Origin: a virus
Lineage: Duplodnaviria; Heunggongvirae; Uroviricota; Caudoviricetes
Strand: one strand, 5' to 3'
DNA: 64,000 nt
Virus record (IMG/VR): IMGVR_UViG_3300025644_000002
Shown: positions 9,361 to 19,766 of the stretch, piece after piece
Layout: every line of letters starts with the position of its first letter
How positions within the stretch are numbered: position 1 is the first letter of the stretch
Made by a program: the position numbers and the translations under genes
The notes under the pieces: model-generated
Told to the model about the DNA's origin: nothing
The model's input: the letters and a program-made list of their open reading frames with translations, nothing else
The model's database searches: none

Positions 9361-9765
9361 ATGAGACAATATATAAAAACAATATGGGAGACTGCCGATA
9401 TTACTGGTGGGCTGTATATTGTGCATACAGATAGAGTAACTCTTGACGATAACAGAAGTATTACTAGTATGTTATACAAAATAGGCTGGCATGTAGACTA
9501 CCTTGCAATAAAAAATCGTAAAGAAGATGACGACGACGTGGCCATTAGTGGCCGAGGCGATTACTGTTTAATATCCATGTCTGATGGTATGGTTGCTGCA
9601 GTTCATCCTAGAGCTAAATTTGCAGAACACTTAAACAGTAGCGGCCTTTTCAGACTTGCAACTAAAGATGAAGTTTTAAGAGGGTTGGCTGCCGGTGAAG
9701 CTAACTTTGCAGAAGGGCGCGAGTTTGTAGGAATTATAGATGAACTTAAAGGGCTTAGGAAATAA
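9361..9765 (+). CDS. hypothetical protein (134 aa)
   Basis: ORF track. Confidence 0.5.
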   Translation: MRQYIKTIWETADITGGLYIVHTDRVTLDDNRSITSMLYKIGWHVDYLAIKNRKEDDDDVAISGRGDYCLISMSDGMVAAVHPRAKFAEHLNSSGLFRLATKDEVLRGLAAGEANFAEGREFVGIIDELKGLRK

Positions 9766-10032
9766 ATGCAAGTACTAATATTAACCTCTGGTAGTGGGAA
9801 TTGGGAAGGTATCTATATTAATGGAGAGCTTCATGACGAGGGACATACCCTTGGCGATGGTGATTCTAGGTTATATTTAATGAAAGTAGCAGAAGGCTTC
9901 AATTTTAAAGTAAAAGATATTACCGTTGACGAAGTTACAGATGAAGATGACTCCTATTTATATAAAATGGGAAGATTTCCAAAATTACTAGAAGATTTGC
10001 CTGATGGCAACACATATATAGGAGACTTATAA
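9766..10032 (+). CDS. hypothetical protein (88 aa)
   Basis: ORF track. Confidence 0.45.
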   Translation: MQVLILTSGSGNWEGIYINGELHDEGHTLGDGDSRLYLMKVAEGFNFKVKDITVDEVTDEDDSYLYKMGRFPKLLEDLPDGNTYIGDL

Positions 10033-10502
10033 TGACTGAATTTCAAATGTACAAAGAGTCCTTCAAAAGACCTAAAAATTATTTTGAACTAAGTTCCCAA
10101 GAGCAGTGGGACCTCGATAAAAACTTGGGTATAGAAGATTGGGAGGGGTGTAACATGACCTTTGCCCAACAACAGCGATACTGGGCCCATTATGACGCAA
10201 TACCGGCCAATACGAACGGTAACAAGGACTCTTATATGACCGTAAATATTGATTCTATTAGGTCAATTGGGACTGCATTAGGATTAGGGCCCGTAACAAG
10301 GGACCCATTTCCTTTCGAAGGTAGCGGATCAACCTGGAAAAGTCTAGAATTTGAAGGACTTGGTGGACAGTTATTTAGATTTCATACTAATATGATATAT
10401 GAAGAACTACTCACAGAGATGGGTAAGGCTCTTATGTTAATAGGAAAAATGCAAAAATGTATAGAAATAAAACAAGTTTTATCTACTAATAATATTTACT
10501 AA
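10032..10502 (+). CDS. hypothetical protein (156 aa)
   Basis: ORF track. Confidence 0.5.
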   Translation: MTEFQMYKESFKRPKNYFELSSQEQWDLDKNLGIEDWEGCNMTFAQQQRYWAHYDAIPANTNGNKDSYMTVNIDSIRSIGTALGLGPVTRDPFPFEGSGSTWKSLEFEGLGGQLFRFHTNMIYEELLTEMGKALMLIGKMQKCIEIKQVLSTNNIY

Positions 10503-10567
10503 TTAAAAGAAAACTCAAATTATTGGAGGCAACAAGATGTCGCATATCAGCCGAGGAGTAAGAAGTT

Positions 10568-10954
10568 ATGTTTGAGACCCGTCCGCACAAGAAAGCCCGT
10601 CGAAGCGTGTGTGCTCACTATAGTGTATACTCTATGCGGTTTACCGACGCGGGTGGCGGATCTTATTTAAAAGTAGGATGTGAAAGGTATGGGGTAGAGT
10701 TATTGGAAAAGATAATACATCGTTCTAAAGGGCTATTTGGTAAGTTCTCTATAGAAATAGTCCATACGGATATTTTTTACGTAGAAGGCGTTAACACAGC
10801 TCCACATCGTGCATATTTAAAGGTTAGTTATAGTCCTAGAAAACTAAGAATACAAAAGATTTATCAAGGTTGGGGATTTTCAGAAGCTTCTGTGATAGAA
10901 GATCTTGTATTCTATAAATCAGACCTAAAAAAAGCATGGAAGGCGTTAATATGA
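10568..10954 (+). CDS. paralog family A member 1 (KVGC…LL.KI domain protein)
   Basis: Tandem paralogs sharing VGC……L.K(I/V)……FG……(K/R)(I/L)R(I/V)……GWG……L.(F/L)K.SDL(K/R).(V/L)W. Confidence 0.5.
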   Translation: MFETRPHKKARRSVCAHYSVYSMRFTDAGGGSYLKVGCERYGVELLEKIIHRSKGLFGKFSIEIVHTDIFYVEGVNTAPHRAYLKVSYSPRKLRIQKIYQGWGFSEASVIEDLVFYKSDLKKAWKALI

Positions 10955-11439
10955 GACACGCAGAATACTATAATAGCCGCCTACCCCATAAGCTAGGTAT
11001 AAGGTTATGGGAGTCTGAAAAACACGGTATGCTTGTAAATATAGGCTGTAATAATTTTCACAAGTCTGTATTAGAACTCGCCCTAAGAAAAGTTATGTGG
11101 CCATTTGGCCGAGGTGATTTGTATATACGCGATCGTGGTGGCATTTTTGGGCTTAGCACCCGTGAAACCCCGAGTCCTGGAGTTAGTGCCACACTTCTAA
11201 AAATGAGTTGGGGTCTTAGGAAGGTAAGAATAAGAAAAATTATTGTTACTACTGGCTGGGGTATAAACTACGACATAGTTTTGCAGGATCTTGTATTTAA
11301 AAAATCAGATCTTAGAGAGTTATGGAGAGAGTTATTGGTTAGAGAGCGGGAAGCTGCAAAGCTTCAGCTAAAAGCTGATACGTTAACCGCTAATAATATC
11401 AAAGAGGATTTACAAAAAGATAAGGAGACAATTTTATGA
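10936..11439 (+). CDS. paralog family A member 2
   Basis: Same motif set as above. Confidence 0.5.
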   Translation: MEGVNMRHAEYYNSRLPHKLGIRLWESEKHGMLVNIGCNNFHKSVLELALRKVMWPFGRGDLYIRDRGGIFGLSTRETPSPGVSATLLKMSWGLRKVRIRKIIVTTGWGINYDIVLQDLVFKKSDLRELWRELLVREREAAKLQLKADTLTANNIKEDLQKDKETIL

Positions 11440-11837
11440 TGCAAGAATATAAATGGACTGCAGATGAACAGTTAAAGAGTATGCAGGTTACTAGAGGTAT
11501 TATCGTAGATACTGAGGTTGTAAAGGTAGGTTGCCTATGTTTCGGCATAAGTATTTTGGATAAAATAGTTTCCTCAATGAGATATTTACCGTTTGGGGAA
11601 TTTAGGCTTGCTATAGAAGATGTTGTTGATTTAAAACTTTATGATTTTTCCGAAAATGTTCTATATAACGCTCGATTAAATGTTCGGTTTGGGCCTAAAA
11701 TTGTAAGGGTCGCTGTTGAAGGGATCAGCTGGCAAGGTTCTTGGTGGCCTGTAAACACCGTCTATTTTAAAAGGAAAGTTTTAAAGGACATGTGGGCTTA
11801 TAACCGGAGTATAGTAGCTATTATGGAGAAGTTGTGA
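11436..11837 (+). CDS. paralog family A member 3
   Basis: Same motif set. Confidence 0.5.
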   Translation: MMQEYKWTADEQLKSMQVTRGIIVDTEVVKVGCLCFGISILDKIVSSMRYLPFGEFRLAIEDVVDLKLYDFSENVLYNARLNVRFGPKIVRVAVEGISWQGSWWPVNTVYFKRKVLKDMWAYNRSIVAIMEKL

Positions 11838-12265
11838 TGAATGATAAATGGCCTTGGAAAGTCAAGGAACGCATAGGAGCGCTCGATCATGAGGTTATTA
11901 ATAGGAATATTGTACCGCATCATGAAGGATTAAGGGTTGGTTGTCATATATATAAATACTCAGTTTTAAAACAAGTGCTTGATAAATTGAAATATTCACC
12001 TTTTGGGAGAATTAAGATAGGTTTAGCATGGCCTGGGGGCACGGATACCTATACATTATCTCCCGAAGGAATTTTAACCCGTATGCGCCTACATGGAACC
12101 TATGGGCCTAAAATCTTACGGATTAGGCTTGAAGTAGCTATTCAGGGCTATGGTTGGGATATTATAAATACCGTGACTCTTAAGAGAAGTGACTTAAAAG
12201 AAGTATGGGCCTGCCATAAGCACCGGGAAAAAATGTTGAAATCTGGGGAAAAAGTTTTAAAATAA
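11834..12265 (+). CDS. paralog family A member 4
   Basis: Same motif set. Confidence 0.5.
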   Translation: MMNDKWPWKVKERIGALDHEVINRNIVPHHEGLRVGCHIYKYSVLKQVLDKLKYSPFGRIKIGLAWPGGTDTYTLSPEGILTRMRLHGTYGPKILRIRLEVAIQGYGWDIINTVTLKRSDLKEVWACHKHREKMLKSGEKVLK

Positions 12266-12463
12266 AAAAAAATAAATTAAAAAATTTTAAAATAAAAAAT
12301 CTCATATAGGAAAAATTTTAAACCCTTCAATTTAGTTTTATTCTGTGCATTTGGATAGGGGGCATGATATGGAACCTTAATCCGCAAGATCGAGTTTAAA
12401 ACGTTAATAATTAAGTGTATGATGCTCATATTAGTCAAAAATGGGCTATTTTGGCCCCAAATA

Positions 12464-12474
12464 GGGTATAAGAA
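12464..12474 (+). promoter_or_regulatory. GGGTATAAGAA promoter-like box
   Basis: Copy of the motif ~80 nt upstream of the 12555 gene. Confidence 0.35.
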
Positions 12475-12554
12475 TGATGCGCCAGAGGATACAATGAGAA
12501 AAATCCATGTCTGGCGTTAATTAAACAACTAAATAACGTAAAAGGAGACATAAC

Positions 12555-12761
12555 ATGTCTGATGAACTTAAGGTCGTTGAGACCCCAGAAGTAGGTTATT
12601 TTCGTAAAGCAGTTAATGGTATTAAAGCCGTTGCCTCAAAACCCGCAGTGAAAAACACTGGATTAGTAGTCCTAAGTGTTGCAGCTGGGGCATTTGGATT
12701 ACGAGCCTATGATAATCGCAATACAGACCTTCCATCCTTGGAAGAATCTGCTATCGATTAG
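12555..12761 (+). CDS. hypothetical small protein (68 aa)
   Basis: ORF track; RBS AAAGGAG. Confidence 0.4.
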   Translation: MSDELKVVETPEVGYFRKAVNGIKAVASKPAVKNTGLVVLSVAAGAFGLRAYDNRNTDLPSLEESAID

Positions 12762-12832
12762 TAATTACGTTGTGTAACACGTCAGTTGCACAAAAGGAGA
12801 GTGAAAGCTCTTCTTTTTACCTTAAAAAGCTA

Positions 12833-13165
12833 TTAATTGCTATTATTATCAATATTATTAAAGTTATTTAAGCCATCTAGCTCCATATGATCGAATATAA
12901 GTCTATTATCCTTATAATCTAATGTACTGCCAAGAAGATACATAGCAGTTTCCGAATCCATGGTGTGTGCATAGTCATCATCATACACTATATTTTTAAT
13001 ATCTTTTATGTCTTTATATGTAAAATCGAAGTGTGCCATCTCAGTTTCGTAATTTGGCGCCAACTTTATGTTTAATATGTGGGATTTTGGGTGATTTAAG
13101 CTAATTTTCTTAGTTTCTAACTGTATTGCAGCTGCTTTTGTAATCGAGAGAGGCGAATTGTGCAT
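12833..13165 (-). CDS. hypothetical protein (110 aa), start of the minus-strand late module
   Basis: ORF track; TAA stop. Confidence 0.45.
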   Translation of the reverse strand: MHNSPLSITKAAAIQLETKKISLNHPKSHILNIKLAPNYETEMAHFDFTYKDIKDIKNIVYDDDYAHTMDSETAMYLLGSTLDYKDNRLIFDHMELDGLNNFNNIDNNSN

Positions 13166-13287
13166 TATTTTTATACTGATTTAATACTTTATTCTTCAAA
13201 TTGTCTTTTATAGAGAGACCCCAGTGTATTATCATTGGAATTACCCCCTTTCTTTAATATAGTTAGATTCTAGGTATTATACAAATA

Positions 13288-13755
13288 TTAATTAGCGATA
13301 GTATCAGGTATTATCACTGGTTCAGGCTGAACATTTTCTATTTTTGGTGTATATTTATCTGAATATGGATACCAAGTGTCTGGTATGACCTGAGATAAGA
13401 AAGAGCCTATAACAAATGTCATAACTAGCCAGAATAACCGTGAAACGTTCGTATTAGCTTTTTTGACTAATTTGATCTGGTCTAACGTTTCTTCTTTCTG
13501 TAATTTGCCTACATATACCGTAGCTTCATTCATTTTGTGAATTACGCCGGTTTCAGGATCTAGAAGTCTTCTTTTAATCTCAGACATATCATTCTTAATG
13601 CCCCCAACTGTCTCTTTTAAAGTATCTACATTATCTTCTAATGATTTAAACTTACCGTTAGTAAAAGTCACTAACGTCTTTTCATGCTCATCCACTTTGT
13701 CTCCGATTTTAACGAAAAACTCTTCTCAGCTCATTGGTCCTTTTTTATCAGTCAT
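13288..13755 (-). CDS. membrane-associated structural/assembly protein; N-terminal extension contains an in-frame TGA (13726-13728)
   Basis: ORF track 13288..13695; the same frame stays open upstream through one TGA to an ATG at 13753-13755 that has an AGGAA RBS. Confidence 0.4.
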
Positions 13756-13784
13756 TCTAATATTCCTATTTTATAATGTGGAGA

Positions 13785-14201
13785 CTAAGCTCCAGGGTAT
13801 CCTAACTCTTGTGGGATTGTTATTGCGATTATCTTCGTATCTTCTAAAGCTACTCCAGAATGCATAACCTCATCTTTAAGAATTACGCAGTCTTGATAAG
13901 AATAGATTACGTCATCTACTCCTTCTTGTGTAATTCTTATACTCCCCTTTAATATGATTCCATACTCTACTATTGGATTTTCGTGAGTATGTGGTGGAAA
14001 CTCTGTTCCTTCTGGCAAAGATAATATCATTACTGATCCATCTTCTTCGTTATAAATACTTCGCCCTATAGAATCTGCCCCTGCAGTAGACTCGTACGCC
14101 TTTTCATATACAACCTCGTCTACGCCTTCTTGATCATTCTGGCTAACCACTAATTTCTGCAATGAAGTCATCTGTCGCGCCATATCCCCTAAAGATCTCA
14201 T
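13785..14201 (-). CDS. cupin-like protein (138 aa)
   Basis: FPPHTHENP…E…ILKG resembles the cupin metal-binding motifs; ends TAG. Confidence 0.4.
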   Translation of the reverse strand: MRSLGDMARQMTSLQKLVVSQNDQEGVDEVVYEKAYESTAGADSIGRSIYNEEDGSVMILSLPEGTEFPPHTHENPIVEYGIILKGSIRITQEGVDDVIYSYQDCVILKDEVMHSGVALEDTKIIAITIPQELGYPGA

Positions 14202-14209
14202 AGTATCTC

Positions 14210-15538
14210 CTAATTAGAGTACAGTTTGTTAACGCCCATAAGCAACAGTACTATTTTAGTTACTGAATCCATGGCGTTCTTTACGGCTTCCTCCGGAAGA
14301 TGCCTCATACCTAACCTAGTCATAAGCAGCATTTTGGCTAATTCACTCATAATCATCTCATATTGAGGTAATAGAGCTATGTATTCTATAATATTCTGTT
14401 TGTTGATAGCTCCAAGAGACAATACAGCATCTACAGTGCTTTTATCAGATAAAACCGCAGCCTCTTTTACTAAGTCTACTTTTAACATCTCTATGTCATT
14501 AGTACTATCTTCATAAGTTTCTGCTATTTTATCAATAAACACTTTTGGAGGTATAGGAGCTTCAATTGGACAAGCAATTAGCATTTCAGTGCCTTTCAGC
14601 AACATTGCCGCCTTATTTATATCAGTCTTGGTTGCTCCACAATGAATTAATGATCATTCTGCCTCTGAGAGGCTTAAATCACGTAATTCATGGCTGTTTT
14701 CTGCATATTTAGAGAACTCTGCACCTTTTAAGTAATAAAGGCCTACAGAGTCTTTTCCAACTGTGTGTTTATTTACTTTAACAGTATGTGGTATTTCATT
14801 TTGTAAGTATGATCCTAGCTTAATGAAGCTCACGTCCTTAGATAAATACCAACTAGATTCTTTTTCTACATATTTTGCTTCAGAAGTAGTTGTGTTGTCG
14901 ATGTAATAAGATACTTTTTCTCTTCCGGCCCATCCTGTAACTTTTAATGGGGTATCTTGATTATCCTCGCTAACTTCAGAAACTTTTCTTAATTCTTTGC
15001 CTAATTTAACAAACTTTGCTTCTTTAGGTAGTAACTTTCCGCCATTCTCTGAGTCCATCAGACTCTTAACAGGCATTTCAGTCAGGTAATACGCAATCTT
15101 CTGCAATCCATCCCAACCTGCTACTTGTACTTGTTTATTGCTAGAAGCTTCTAAGTCTTGTAATAGTTCTCTAATCTCAAAAGGCTTAGTGGCACTGCCA
15201 TCAGGCATAACTCACGCTCCGAAATCTCCTATTTTAGGAAAATCTCCGTCTATTTCTACATTTTCTGAAGACTTTTGTCCTAATTTCTCTAAAATAACCC
15301 AATCTTTATTCTTACTGATGCTAAGATACCCTGGACCTCCGTCTAGTTTATAAAGATTTGAAGAATATGACGATACTTTGTCCATTCCTAGTACTTCAAA
15401 AGGTTCAGAGACTGATTCTCCAAATTTTCAAACGCCAAGATCACCAACTTGTGGTTGGTCTTCTTCTAAAGTAAATGCTTCAGCCGTTTTCACATCATTT
15501 CTACTAAAATCATGATAATCTTTGTCCGATGTTACCAT
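14210..15538 (-). CDS. structural (baseplate/tail) protein, ~442 aa, with three in-frame TGA codons (15428-30, 15212-14, 14654-56)
   Basis: ORFs 14654..15208 and 14210..14605 plus the upstream frame form one continuous frame broken only by TGA; ends TAG at 14210-12. Confidence 0.55.
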
Positions 15539-15650
15539 AAGGTGTCTATCAGTGTCCCAAATCTTGTAGCAATTAGCATCTACAGACTCAGCAGTCTTTT
15601 CTTGGAAACTTGAAGCAGTTAATATCTCAAATTCTTCAGCTTCTGAAGCC

Positions 15651-16387
15651 TTAATAGGGAGTTCTCATACAAAATCTATGTTAGAATTAGCTTGTTTAAC
15701 TGTGTGATTACCTAAAGAGTCTTTAATAACTAACTGTCTATCTATATCAAGGTCCCTAATGAAAGAATCCACGATTTCTTCTTGACTCTCTGTTTTTGAC
15801 GCTAGTTTGTCTAAAACGTCTAATCTTCCGGTCTTTTTGAAGTTATTATGGATTTCTGGGTTGTTTTTAACAGTATTTAGTATTTCAACAACGGCTTTTT
15901 TGTCTATATGCTCAATTTTGTCAATAAATGAAGCTATTTTAGCAGGTCGTTCTTGTGAACTAGACTCGCTAGCTGAATTGTTTATACTCCCATCAGGAGA
16001 ATACTGTAATTGTGAGAACATGTCCAGTCCTGATTTAGGAGGAGACGACGCTACTCCTACAAATGCTCCTGGCGAAGTTAACATAGTTCTTAACACCTCA
16101 GTATTAAGTGGTAAAGTTCTTCCACCTGCCATAACTATGTCTAAAGGAGATAATTTCCAATCTTTGATTACTACTGGTATGGATGCCCCGGATATCTTTA
16201 ATACCCCTACCGCATATCCCTTTGTACTATCTTTTTTCTTCCACTGAACCACTGCAGGCTGATTTTGAGCGAACGGATATTGTTCGTAAAAATACGTAAT
16301 TACATTTCTAACCCACTTCGTTGCGTCCATATCCACTGAGTATGACGCTGTTTTAGTAAAAGAGTTCTTTATAAATAAGTTGTCCAT
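15651..16387 (-). CDS. structural protein (~240 aa); frame ends at TGA 15666-68, then ELPY, then TAA 15651-53
   Basis: ORF track 15665..16399; ATG at 16385-87 with a TGGAGA RBS. Confidence 0.5.
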
Positions 16388-16467
16388 TATTATCTCCAAT
16401 TAATCACTAACTTTGTTTCTTCTAACATTTCAATATAACTAAGCTTAGGTTTTTAGTCAAGTATTAT

Positions 16468-17010
16468 CTACGTTATAGTCCATACTACTGTAAGTACTAC
16501 ACCACTTGCCGACGTTCCTGTCATTTGAAACTTTATTTGTTTTACATAGTTATGGATACTAGTTGCCAAGTCTTCACAAAAGATCTCCACAGTTTGGGCT
16601 ATTAACTCTGCATTGCTGCTACCTCATGTGGGTGTTATAAAGGGTATTATTGGTCCTACAGGAGTATAAGTTATAAATCCTACTGCTGTAGGTACTAATG
16701 TAGTAGCTTCCGCTAGTAAATCTTCATCAGATATACCTCTAGACCCTGAAATCTCCGCCAATGGGTTAGATATAAAAGTTAAAGATACATCAACCTCTGG
16801 TCATTCGGGTATAGTTATTTCTACATTAGAAAAGTTTGTAGTGATTCCAGTAACTCCTACTACAGCCTCGCTCATATATTCACTAATAATCTCCCCTAAC
16901 CTGATGCTTTTTTCATCAACTGTATAAGCTATTCGGTTATCGCCTTCTAAATAATAATACTTATAAAACTCCGCGATTAGCTCAGTCTTTAAATTAGTTT
17001 CACTTAACAT
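16468..17010 (-). CDS. structural protein, 180 aa, with two in-frame TGA codons (16801-03, 16624-26)
   Basis: ORF 16801..17010 continues in the same frame through two TGAs to TAG at 16468-70; the start overlaps the upstream TAA as TAATG. Confidence 0.5.
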
Positions 17011-18569
17011 TATTCTGATAAAGTCTTCACAGTATAAATATTCTCATCCAAAGGATCATAAATACTTGGCTGAATTATTGGAGGTGACGAAGGTCCCACT
17101 CCTGTACCATGTGTATGTCCCGCGTATAATTCTGTAACAAACTCTTTAGTAACTAACGTCTGACCCTCTGAGCCTCCGAGATACACATTTTTACCTTCAG
17201 GCACGTCAAGAGTTATTCCGCTGCTATCCAAAGTTATAGTAAGAGTAGTATCTCCTAGATTCAGTTTAACAGTGTATGCCTCATTATTTAACGTCTTTGT
17301 CAATTTCAACTCTGGAGTTGCAACATCCCCGGACTGCACTGTTGTCTTTAATATATCTGTACCGCCAAACTCTTTAGTATACATTTTACCATTAGTTGTG
17401 GTTTCTAGCTGATGGATGTGTCTTCCTCATATTCTACCCGTGTTTAACTTGCCAAAACTACTTACATATTGCTGTTTAATTCCGGTGTTGATAAAAGTAT
17501 AATCGTAACCTTGCCCAGCTTTCCAGGCTGTAGCATCAAAAGTTCCATCATATATTTGATGTCTATATAACTCTCCCGCTAAACTCCCGGACTCTAATTT
17601 CCCAAATCTATTTATCATTGAGCTATTATTATTTGTTACTGCTCGTTTAAATACCCAATGAAATAAAGAACCTGCCGGGTGTTCTTCTCCTATATCAAAT
17701 AGATCTGTAGCCCCTTGATACCCTAGATGTAACTTAGTATAGGTATTCTTCTGTTTAGAACCTCCAGTAGCTTGTCTAGTCTCTAATTGATACAAATGGG
17801 AATAAGGCGTGCCTTTTAAATTCTTAACATGAGGTATGTATCCAGACTTTATAATAGTTTGATCTGTGAATTGGTGCTTGAAAGGAATACTGCGGTGAGT
17901 CTCAGTGTTTTCTGAGATATGGTCAAGATACCCAGTAGTATCATCAAACTTTGAATATACTTCTAAATGTGATGTAGCTCCTTTATCTATTCCTGCAGAT
18001 TTCTTAGGATGATATGAGTCTCTAACAAAATTAGTTGCGCTTCGTCTTTCATATCGTTTAGTTGTAATATTTAGTTTCTTATAAGCTCCATCCAAAGTTA
18101 TTTCAGCGAAGGCGTTAGAAAACCAACTAAAGAATCCATCTGGAGCCATTAGGAAGTTAGTTTTGTTCTTTCCACCTATTTTTAATAACACTCCCCCCTC
18201 TGGTACAGCTTCTGCAGATAAACCGCCGAAGGCCGAAGATAGTCCTGAGGGGATATAAGTAAGAATCTGTGCAACATTATTTCATTTGTCCAAGGCCACC
18301 AAACACTCCTGATTTTCAGGAGGCACTGATACTACTCCCGACCCAAATGCAGAAGTTGGTATAAATATCGGAGGTAACGCCAAATACGTCTTCTCAGGAT
18401 CTGTCTCATCTATTGCCTGAATATATATGTCTTTTTTATCTAGGGCGTTTACATCAGGACTCTCTACTGAAACTACCCTAGCTCTAAATACTTCATAATT
18501 TCTTTCCATACTTGAATATAACCCAATGTCTTTTAAAAAACAATATTTTCTGGTATAAGAATTTCGCAA
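17010..18569 (-). CDS. baseplate central spike protein, gp5/VgrG-like (OB-fold N-terminus), ~519 aa, with two in-frame TGA codons (18282-84, 17427-29)
   Basis: Three track ORFs (18282..18569, 17427..18191, 17010..17384) are co-linear in one frame, separated only by single TGAs. The N-terminus (ALPPIFIPTSAFGSGVVSVPPENQECLVALDK*NNVAQIL) aligns with the T4 gp5 OB-fold (PTTSAGKGMGGVFSLPRVGTEVLVSFLDGDPNRPIIL). An alternative ATG start lies at 18507-09. Confidence 0.6.
18552..18563 (+). promoter_or_regulatory. TGGTATAAGAAT promoter-like box facing the 18.6-19.7 kb non-coding region
   Basis: Same box as the early promoters, on the plus strand; no plus-strand ORF follows. Confidence 0.35.
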
Positions 18570-18589
18570 TCAAGGCTTAGCCTTAATTA

Positions 18590-19690
18590 GCACCTGGGTG
18601 GTATGACATCCAGTTAAAGATAACCCCAGCAATGGGACTAAAAGCAGTCGGGTCTGTGAAATTATACCTGGCATTGCGTTGTTCTCCTTCGGGAGTGCAA
18701 ACATTTATACACTGCGAACTTCTATTTATCTTGTAAAAAATAGTCCAACACTCCAGGCTAACTGCGAGGCGTGAAGGTCGAGATACGTATCCCCTGAGGG
18801 GTAGGCAGAAATGTCTGTATAGTAATCGCAAGATATCCTGTCTGTCAAGCGGGTTATCAATTATATAGTTTGTCGGGATCAAGATATTGAGGCCTTCATT
18901 GGCTTCTAAGTCAAGAAGAGACAACTACTATGATGAAGGATCGGAGGCTGTCATGGCTAATGACTTACGAGGGCGAGTGGCATTATGTGGCTGAAAACTA
19001 CGTAACCACAACCGGGAACGCGTCCTCCCAATCACAGAAAAACCATAATGTAGCTCAGTTGGTAGAGCAACGGAATATTAATCCGTAGATCACGAGTTCG
19101 ATTCTCGTCATTTATAATGAAAGCAATTAGATTCCTGGCTGCTTATAATAAAAGATCACTAATATCGGCCTGTATAACGTCGAGCTCTGCGCCTCGCAAG
19201 GGTTGCAGCAGTATTTATAAGGAAGCGGTTAAGCTTGGCGGCAGCTAAGATAGTCGTGAAATTGTAGAGTTAATGTAAGTGGAAAGACCTGGCTCCATAC
19301 CTGGAGCTGTGATTGGTGTATTACGACGACGTAAGTCTGCGTGGAAACGAGGGGAATTGAAATGATCCCTTTAAAGATATACCGTACTAACTGTATTCTC
19401 AGGAAAAGTACAAACTTCATAAAACTGGGCCAAAGACGTAATAAAAACGTTGGGTGTCTATCCGAAGGAGTTGCAAGGCTAGAGCCTTCAATTTGGAAAA
19501 GAATTTAAGATAGGGCTTCCTACTTAACGTAGGTGGTGCGGGGATTAATAAGTCTCGCAAAGGGAGTTGCATCCCTCGGAAGAAGAGTTTACCCCTCAGC
19601 CACTCTCATCTTCCATAAAAAGAATACCAGGAAAGCCACCTGAAAAATTGGCCTTACGCCCGTGCACTCTGTGCCATCTTACAAGCGTAT
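18590..19690 (+). ncRNA. Candidate structured non-coding RNA region (~1.1 kb, hairpin-rich, higher GC)
   Basis: No ORF of 60 aa or longer on the plus strand. Hairpins include CTCC-TTCG-GGAG (UUCG tetraloop), GCTCCA-tacc-TGGAGC and GGGA…TCCC. A promoter box lies upstream and a tRNA-like gene is embedded. Confidence 0.35.
19044..19116 (+). tRNA. tRNA-like gene with canonical D and T arms, anticodon loop ATATTAA (formal anticodon AUU) and an imperfect acceptor stem
   Basis: GTAGCTCAGTTGGTAGAGC D-arm, ACGGA/TCCGT anticodon stem, ACGAG-TTCGATT-CTCGT T-arm; acceptor pairs poorly. Confidence 0.35.
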
Positions 19691-19691
19691 T

Positions 19692-19724
19692 CTTTTTTTT
19701 ACCTTAAATTTGTAGGTATAAGAC
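19692..19724 (+). promoter_or_regulatory. T-run + ACCTTAAATTTGTAGGTATAAGAC cassette
   Basis: Variant copy of the motif. Confidence 0.4.
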
Positions 19725-19766
19725 CTATGACAATATTTAACCCTATAACATTATTTAATAAATACC

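Noticed and set aside
15138-15353. Plus-strand 71-aa ORF inside the late module
   Set aside because: Lies antisense to a continuous minus-strand structural gene frame; low-complexity Ser/Leu-rich translation
19044-19116. Calling the 19-kb tRNA-like gene a suppressor or tRNA-Asn
   Set aside because: The loop reads AUAUUAA (formal anticodon AUU), not UUA/CUA/UCA; the acceptor stem pairs poorly; a real tRNA-Asn(GUU) exists at 34773
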